Below are positions 25,290-32,000 of a stretch of 32,000 nt of DNA, piece after piece (positions within the stretch are counted from its first letter, which is position 1; the number at the start of each line of letters is the position of its first letter). The DNA is taken from the NCBI RefSeq assembly GCF_001457595.1, contig NZ_LN831039.1:2700001-2732000 (forward strand), given 5' to 3'. The notes under the pieces were generated by a model. It did no database searches, was not told where the DNA came from, and saw only the letters and a list, made by a program, of their open reading frames with translations. A program made the position numbers and the translations under genes. The stretch is from Mycolicibacterium smegmatis. GTDB lineage: Bacteria; Actinomycetota; Actinomycetes; Mycobacteriales; Mycobacteriaceae.

Positions 25290-25326
25290 GCGGTTCTGCG
25301 ACGGGTGTCACAGCGGAGGTGGCGAC

Positions 25327-25989
25327 ATGACGACCAGTGGTTTGAACGCACGAGCGCTCCTCGGCGGGGACGGCCGGGCGGTCCTGCCGAAACCCCGGCC
25401 CACCGAACCGGATCGGAACCACATGCCGCCTTCGGAGAACCTGCGGGTCCTGCAGTACGAACTCGACGTCGTGGCGTCGGACGTTCTCGACGTGGTGTCC
25501 CGGGTCGGCGGCTGGCTCTTCGACATGCGGATGGCCGGTTGGAACGTCGGGGTGGCGTTCGCCGTGGCGCCGACGGGACCGGACGATCACCGCGCCCTGC
25601 GGGTGCTGGGCCTGAAAACCGTTGAGCTGACCGAGTTGTGGCCCACCGCGACGGGCGGCCCGCGGCGGGGTGCCGAACGCGCCGCGCTGACCGCGATCGC
25701 CGCCGAGCGTTTCGAGAACGATCCCGCGCTCCGGCGCCGCGCGCTCGACGATGCGATGCGCGCGGGTGAGATCGCGCTGTGGGGCCGTGGCTGTCCCGGC
25801 GTGCTGGGCGGACAACTTCGCAGGATCGAATACCGCCCGAGCGCGGCGGCCCGTGCCTTCAAGGCGCATGCCCTGGCCGCCGTGGGTGCGCACGACACTG
25901 CGCACGACACCGGGAGCGTGGCGGCGGAGACCGTCTACTGCGGCGCAGAGACGGTGCGCGCGCTGGGCGCCGCTTTGGTCAACTGTTGA
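25327..25989 (+). CDS. Hypothetical protein
   Basis: MTTSGLNARALLGGDGRAVLPKPRP...; RBS CGGAGG; divergent from the DUF427 gene. No family recognised. Confidence 0.7.
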   Translation: MTTSGLNARALLGGDGRAVLPKPRPTEPDRNHMPPSENLRVLQYELDVVASDVLDVVSRVGGWLFDMRMAGWNVGVAFAVAPTGPDDHRALRVLGLKTVELTELWPTATGGPRRGAERAALTAIAAERFENDPALRRRALDDAMRAGEIALWGRGCPGVLGGQLRRIEYRPSAAARAFKAHALAAVGAHDTAHDTGSVAAETVYCGAETVRALGAALVNC

Positions 25990-26026
25990 GCACGGGGCGG
26001 AACACCGGCCCGCTCAGCGTGTTCGG

Positions 26027-27722
<1,696 letters not shown>

Positions 27723-27728
27723 GTGCCC

Positions 27729-27914
27729 ATGCTGCCCGCCCTGCTCGACCCGCCGTCGCCGGATCTCTACAGACGCGCCGAGGATCTCGGCATCACCGCG
27801 GTGATGGTCGCCCCGTGGCTCACCGCCGGCGCCGCACCGGGCTCCTCCGTCGACGACCGCTTCCGGGCGCCCATCGAGCGGTTCGCCGAGACGGTCATGG
27901 CGCGGGTGCGCTGA
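27729..27914 (+). pseudogene. Probable C-terminal remnant of an F420-dependent LLM-class oxidoreductase
   Basis: [61 protein letters not shown] resembles the C-terminal tail of LLM oxidoreductases, but no N-terminal barrel is present upstream. Confidence 0.45.
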
Positions 27915-27978
27915 CACGGACCGACACGGCAACCGGCGCGGCTTAGGTCCGCCGACGCCGGCGCGGCACAATGAATCA

Positions 27979-29175
27979 GTGACCACCTCAGCCGCATCCG
28001 GCGAACCCGGGCGTCAACGGGTGCTGATCCTCGGCAGCACCGGATCCATCGGTACCCAGGCGCTGGAGGTGATCGCCGCCAACCCGGACCGGTTCGAGGT
28101 CGTGGGTCTGGCCGCGGGCGGCGGTAATCCGGAGCTACTGGCCGCGCAGCGTGCCCAGACCGGTGTGGCCGCCGTCGCGGTGGCCGATCCGGCGGCAGCC
28201 GAGGCGGTCGGCGACGTGCGCTATTCGGGGCCGGACGCGGTGACGCGTCTCGTGGAGGACACCGAGGCCGATGTCGTCCTGAACGCGCTGGTGGGGGCGC
28301 TGGGACTGCAGCCGACACTCGCGGCGCTGGCCACCGGCGCGCGGCTGGCGCTGGCGAACAAGGAGTCCCTGGTGGCGGGCGGGCCGCTGGTGCTCAAGGC
28401 CGCCGCGCCCGGACAGATCGTGCCGGTGGATTCCGAACACTCGGCCATGGCGCAGTGCCTGCGCGGCGGGACCAGGGCCGAACTGGACAAGATCGTTCTC
28501 ACGGCCTCCGGCGGCCCGTTCCTCGGCTGGTCGGCCGAGGACCTCAAGTCCGTGACGCCCGAGCAGGCGGGCAAACACCCGACCTGGTCGATGGGCCCCA
28601 TGAACACGCTCAACTCGGCGACGCTGGTCAACAAGGGCCTCGAGCTCATCGAGACCCACCTGCTGTTCGGCGTCGACTACGACGACATCGACGTCGTGGT
28701 GCACCCGCAGTCGATCGTGCATTCGATGGCGACGTTCACCGACGGGTCCACGCTTGCGCAGGCCAGCCCGCCGGACATGAAACTGCCGATCGCGCTGGCG
28801 CTGGGCTGGCCCGACCGGATCCCCGGCGCCGCGGCGGCCTGCGACTTCTCCACGGCCTCGACCTGGGAGTTCCTGCCGCTGGACAACGCGGTCTTCCCCG
28901 CGGTCGAACTGGCGCGGTTTGCCGGTAAGCAGGGCGGGTGCCTCACCGCGGTCTACAACTCGGCCAACGAGGAGGCCGCCGAGGCCTTCCTCGACGGCCG
29001 CATCGGCTTCCCCGACATCGTCGAAACAGTGGGTGACGTGTTGCACGCCGCCGACCGGTGGGCCGCCGAACCGGCTACCGTGGATGACGTACTCGACGCA
29101 CAACGCTGGGCCCGCGAGCAGGCCCGCGGTGTCGTCGAGCAGAAATCCGTCAGAAGAGGGCTCGTCACCAAATGA
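27979..29175 (+). CDS. dxr: 1-deoxy-D-xylulose 5-phosphate reductoisomerase
   Basis: [59 protein letters not shown]; GTG start. Confidence 0.97.
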   Translation: MTTSAASGEPGRQRVLILGSTGSIGTQALEVIAANPDRFEVVGLAAGGGNPELLAAQRAQTGVAAVAVADPAAAEAVGDVRYSGPDAVTRLVEDTEADVVLNALVGALGLQPTLAALATGARLALANKESLVAGGPLVLKAAAPGQIVPVDSEHSAMAQCLRGGTRAELDKIVLTASGGPFLGWSAEDLKSVTPEQAGKHPTWSMGPMNTLNSATLVNKGLELIETHLLFGVDYDDIDVVVHPQSIVHSMATFTDGSTLAQASPPDMKLPIALALGWPDRIPGAAAACDFSTASTWEFLPLDNAVFPAVELARFAGKQGGCLTAVYNSANEEAAEAFLDGRIGFPDIVETVGDVLHAADRWAAEPATVDDVLDAQRWAREQARGVVEQKSVRRGLVTK

Positions 29176-30392
29176 TGTTCGGAATCGGCATCGTGCTGTT
29201 CGCACTGGCCATCCTGGTCTCAGTGGCACTGCACGAATGTGGCCACATGTGGGTGGCCCGTGCCACCGGGATGAAGGTCCGCCGCTACTTCGTCGGGTTC
29301 GGTCCCACCCTGTGGTCCACGCGCCGGGCCAACCGTCTCGGTTCGACCGAGTACGGCATCAAGGCGATCCCACTCGGCGGGTTCTGCGACATCGCGGGCA
29401 TGACCTCGGTCGACGAGATCGCACCCGAAGACCGGCCGTACGCGATGTACAAGCAGAAGGTGTGGAAGCGCGTCGCGGTGCTCTTCGCGGGCCCCGCGAT
29501 GAACTTCGTCATCGGCCTGGTGCTCATCTACGGCATCGCGATCGTATGGGGCCTGCCCAACCTGCATCAGCCCACCACCGCCATCGTCGGCGAAACCGGT
29601 TGCGTCGCACCGCAGATCACCCTCGAAGAGATGGGGGAGTGCACGGGCCCCGGTCCCGCGGCGCTGGCGGGCATCCAGGCCGGCGACGAGATCGTCAAGG
29701 TCGGTGACACCGAGGTCAAGGACTTCGCAGGCATGGCCGCGGCCGTCCGCAAGCTCGACGGCCCCACCCGCATCGAGTTCAAGCGTGACGGGCGTGTCAT
29801 GGACACCGTCGTCGACATCACCCCGACGCAGCGCTTCACCAGCGCCGACGCGTCCGCCCCCAGTACGGTCGGTGCGATCGGTGTCAGCGCGGTGCCGGTC
29901 CAACCGCCCGCGCAGTACAACCCGATCACCGCGGTACCCGCGACGTTCGCGTTCACCGGCGATCTCGCGGTCGAGCTCGGCAAGTCGCTGGCGAAGATCC
30001 CCACCAAGATCGGTGCGCTCGTGGAGGCCATCGGTGGCGGCGAGCGGGACAAGGAGACCCCCATCAGCGTCGTGGGGGCCAGCATCATCGGCGGTGAGAC
30101 CGTCGACGCCGGGCTGTGGGTTGCGTTCTGGTTCTTCCTGGCGCAGCTGAACTTCGTGCTCGGCGCCATCAACCTGGTGCCGCTGCTGCCGTTCGACGGC
30201 GGCCACATCGCGGTGGCCACCTACGAGAAGATCCGCAACATGATCCGTTCCGCGCGCGGCATGGTCGCCGCGGGGCCGGTCAACTACCTCAAGCTCATGC
30301 CCGCCACGTACGTGGTGCTCGCGGTGGTGGCCGGCTACATGCTGCTGACGGTGACCGCGGATCTGGTCAACCCACTGAGCATCTTCCAATAG
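29172..30392 (+). CDS. rip1: M50 site-2 metalloprotease (intramembrane, PDZ-containing)
   Basis: [32 protein letters not shown] segment [28 protein letters not shown]; ATGA overlap with dxr. Confidence 0.95.
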   Translation: MMFGIGIVLFALAILVSVALHECGHMWVARATGMKVRRYFVGFGPTLWSTRRANRLGSTEYGIKAIPLGGFCDIAGMTSVDEIAPEDRPYAMYKQKVWKRVAVLFAGPAMNFVIGLVLIYGIAIVWGLPNLHQPTTAIVGETGCVAPQITLEEMGECTGPGPAALAGIQAGDEIVKVGDTEVKDFAGMAAAVRKLDGPTRIEFKRDGRVMDTVVDITPTQRFTSADASAPSTVGAIGVSAVPVQPPAQYNPITAVPATFAFTGDLAVELGKSLAKIPTKIGALVEAIGGGERDKETPISVVGASIIGGETVDAGLWVAFWFFLAQLNFVLGAINLVPLLPFDGGHIAVATYEKIRNMIRSARGMVAAGPVNYLKLMPATYVVLAVVAGYMLLTVTADLVNPLSIFQ

Positions 30393-30408
30393 TTTTCGAG
30401 GAGACACT

Positions 30409-31575
30409 GTGACATCCATCGGTCTGGGTATGCCGGCACCTCCGGCGCCCACGCTTGCGCCGCGGCGCAAGACCCGTCAGCTCAATGTGGGCGGCGTCGG
30501 CATCGGCAGCGAGCACCCGATCGCGGTGCAGTCCATGTGCACCACCAAGACCCACGACGTCAACTCCACACTGCAGCAGATCGCCGAGCTGACCGCGTCG
30601 GGCTGTGACATCGTGCGTGTGGCGTGCCCGCGTCAGGAGGACGCCGACGCGCTGGCCGAGATCGCGCGGCACAGCCAGATCCCGGTGATCGCCGACATCC
30701 ACTTCCAGCCCAAGTACATCTTCGCCGCGATCGACGCGGGCTGTGCGGCGGTGCGCGTCAACCCCGGCAACATCAAGGAGTTCGACGGCCGGGTCAAAGA
30801 GGTCGCCAAGGCCGCCGGGGATGCGGGCATCCCGATCCGCATCGGCGTCAACGCGGGTTCGCTCGACAAGCGGTTCCTGGAGAAGTACGGCAAGGCCACA
30901 CCCGAGGCGCTCGTCGAGTCGGCACTGTGGGAGGCGTCGTTGTTCGAGGAACACGGCTTCGGCGACATCAAGATCAGCGTCAAGCACAACGACCCGGTGA
31001 TCATGGTCGCGGCCTACGAGCAGCTCGCCGCGCAGTGCGACTATCCGCTGCACCTCGGCGTCACCGAGGCGGGCCCGGCGTTCCAGGGCACCATCAAGTC
31101 GGCGGTCGCGTTCGGGGCGTTGCTGAGCAAGGGCATCGGCGACACCATCCGCGTCTCGCTGTCGGCGCCGCCGGCCGAAGAGGTCAAGGTCGGCAACCAG
31201 ATCCTGGAGTCGCTGAACCTGCGGCCGCGCGGGCTGGAGATCGTGTCGTGCCCGTCGTGCGGACGCGCCCAGGTGGACGTCTACACACTGGCCAACGCCG
31301 TCACCGCGGGCCTCGACGGTCTCGACGTGCCGCTGCGGGTCGCGGTGATGGGCTGCGTGGTCAACGGACCCGGCGAGGCGCGCGAGGCCGACCTCGGTGT
31401 GGCCTCCGGCAACGGCAAGGGCCAGATCTTCGTCAAGGGCGAGGTCATCAAGACCGTGCCCGAGGCCCAGATCGTGGAAACGCTCATCGAAGAGGCCATG
31501 CGGCTCGCCGAGGAAATCGGCACGGCGCGAGGTTCAGATGATGCGAGCGGTTCGCCCGTGGTGACCGTAAGCTGA
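30409..31575 (+). CDS. ispG: (E)-4-hydroxy-3-methylbut-2-enyl-diphosphate synthase
   Basis: [47 protein letters not shown]...[13 protein letters not shown] Fe-S cysteine motifs. Confidence 0.97.
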   Translation: MTSIGLGMPAPPAPTLAPRRKTRQLNVGGVGIGSEHPIAVQSMCTTKTHDVNSTLQQIAELTASGCDIVRVACPRQEDADALAEIARHSQIPVIADIHFQPKYIFAAIDAGCAAVRVNPGNIKEFDGRVKEVAKAAGDAGIPIRIGVNAGSLDKRFLEKYGKATPEALVESALWEASLFEEHGFGDIKISVKHNDPVIMVAAYEQLAAQCDYPLHLGVTEAGPAFQGTIKSAVAFGALLSKGIGDTIRVSLSAPPAEEVKVGNQILESLNLRPRGLEIVSCPSCGRAQVDVYTLANAVTAGLDGLDVPLRVAVMGCVVNGPGEAREADLGVASGNGKGQIFVKGEVIKTVPEAQIVETLIEEAMRLAEEIGTARGSDDASGSPVVTVS

Positions 31576-31631
31576 TTGCTGACCCTGTGAGCCGGGTCAC
31601 CACACCCTCGGGTTGAGCAGAGAGAGTCTCG

Positions 31632-32000
31632 ATGTCGGCGCCACCCCTATTCCGCCTGGTCGATGAGCGACGGGTGTCCGTGGTGCGCGACACCGCGGCG
31701 GTGATGCGTGTCCTGGACGAGGATCCGGTCGCCGGATGCATGGTGGCCGCCAGGGTTGCCGAGTTCGGCGCCGAACCCGGGGCCATCGGCGGCGAGCTGT
31801 GGACGCGCCGCAAGCCCAGCGAATCGCTGTGTTACGCCGGGCCCAACATGATTCCGCTGCGCGGCAGCCTCGACGATCTGAAAGCCTTCTCCGACAAGGC
31901 CATGAGCATGGCGCGACGGTGCTCGTCCCTGGTCGGGCGGGCCGAGTTGGTGCTGCCGATGTGGGAGCGCCTCCAGTCGTTGTGGGGACCCGCGCGCGAC
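31632..32000 (+). CDS. GNAT-family N-acetyltransferase (DUF4081-type N-terminus), truncated by the window edge
   Basis: Own translation from ATG 31632: MSAPPLFRLVDERRVSVVRDTAAVMRVLDEDPVAGCMVAARVAEFGAEPGAIGGELWTRRKPSESLCYAGPNMIPLRG...; open to the end; conserved position after ispG. Not in the supplied ORF track. Confidence 0.8.
   Translation, partial: MSAPPLFRLVDERRVSVVRDTAAVMRVLDEDPVAGCMVAARVAEFGAEPGAIGGELWTRRKPSESLCYAGPNMIPLRGSLDDLKAFSDKAMSMARRCSSLVGRAELVLPMWERLQSLWGPARD

Noticed and set aside
29220-30470. 416-aa minus-strand ORF over rip1
   Set aside because: Antisense to conserved rip1 with intact HECGH and PDZ; no support as a gene.

Overview
GC-rich actinobacterial DNA that looks like a fast-growing mycobacterium. 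The closest match I can recall is the Mycolicibacterium smegmatis dxr-rip1-ispG neighbourhood, but I could not run a search. The right end (about 26.0-32.0 kb) is conserved mycobacterial core: a DUF2631 membrane protein, a photolyase, dxr, rip1 (M50 site-2 protease), ispG and a truncated GNAT gene. The left 25 kb is accessory metabolic DNA. It holds an SDR / MFS / 2-hydroxyacid dehydrogenase operon and then a large, mostly oxidative gene set: ALDH, two paralogous TetR regulators, an APH-like kinase, a GH3 beta-glucosidase, P450 + ferredoxin, an SMP-30-like lactonase, a thioesterase, and a tightly coupled operon of NIPSNAP-like protein / second P450 / Zn-ADH / HpcH-type aldolase / SDR / Baeyer-Villiger-type monooxygenase / alpha-beta hydrolase. 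After that come an NCS2 nucleobase permease with a 2OG-Fe(II) dioxygenase, a cupin, an SRPBCC protein and a DUF427 protein. The most interesting non-coding signal is a fixed-geometry element, TTTACA-N14-TGTMAS, present exactly five times at widely separated promoters. It always has the same orientation relative to the minus-strand gene and lies 8-11 nt before the start codon in four of the five cases. It ties otherwise scattered genes into one candidate regulon. I found no CRISPR array, tRNA, rRNA or transposase.
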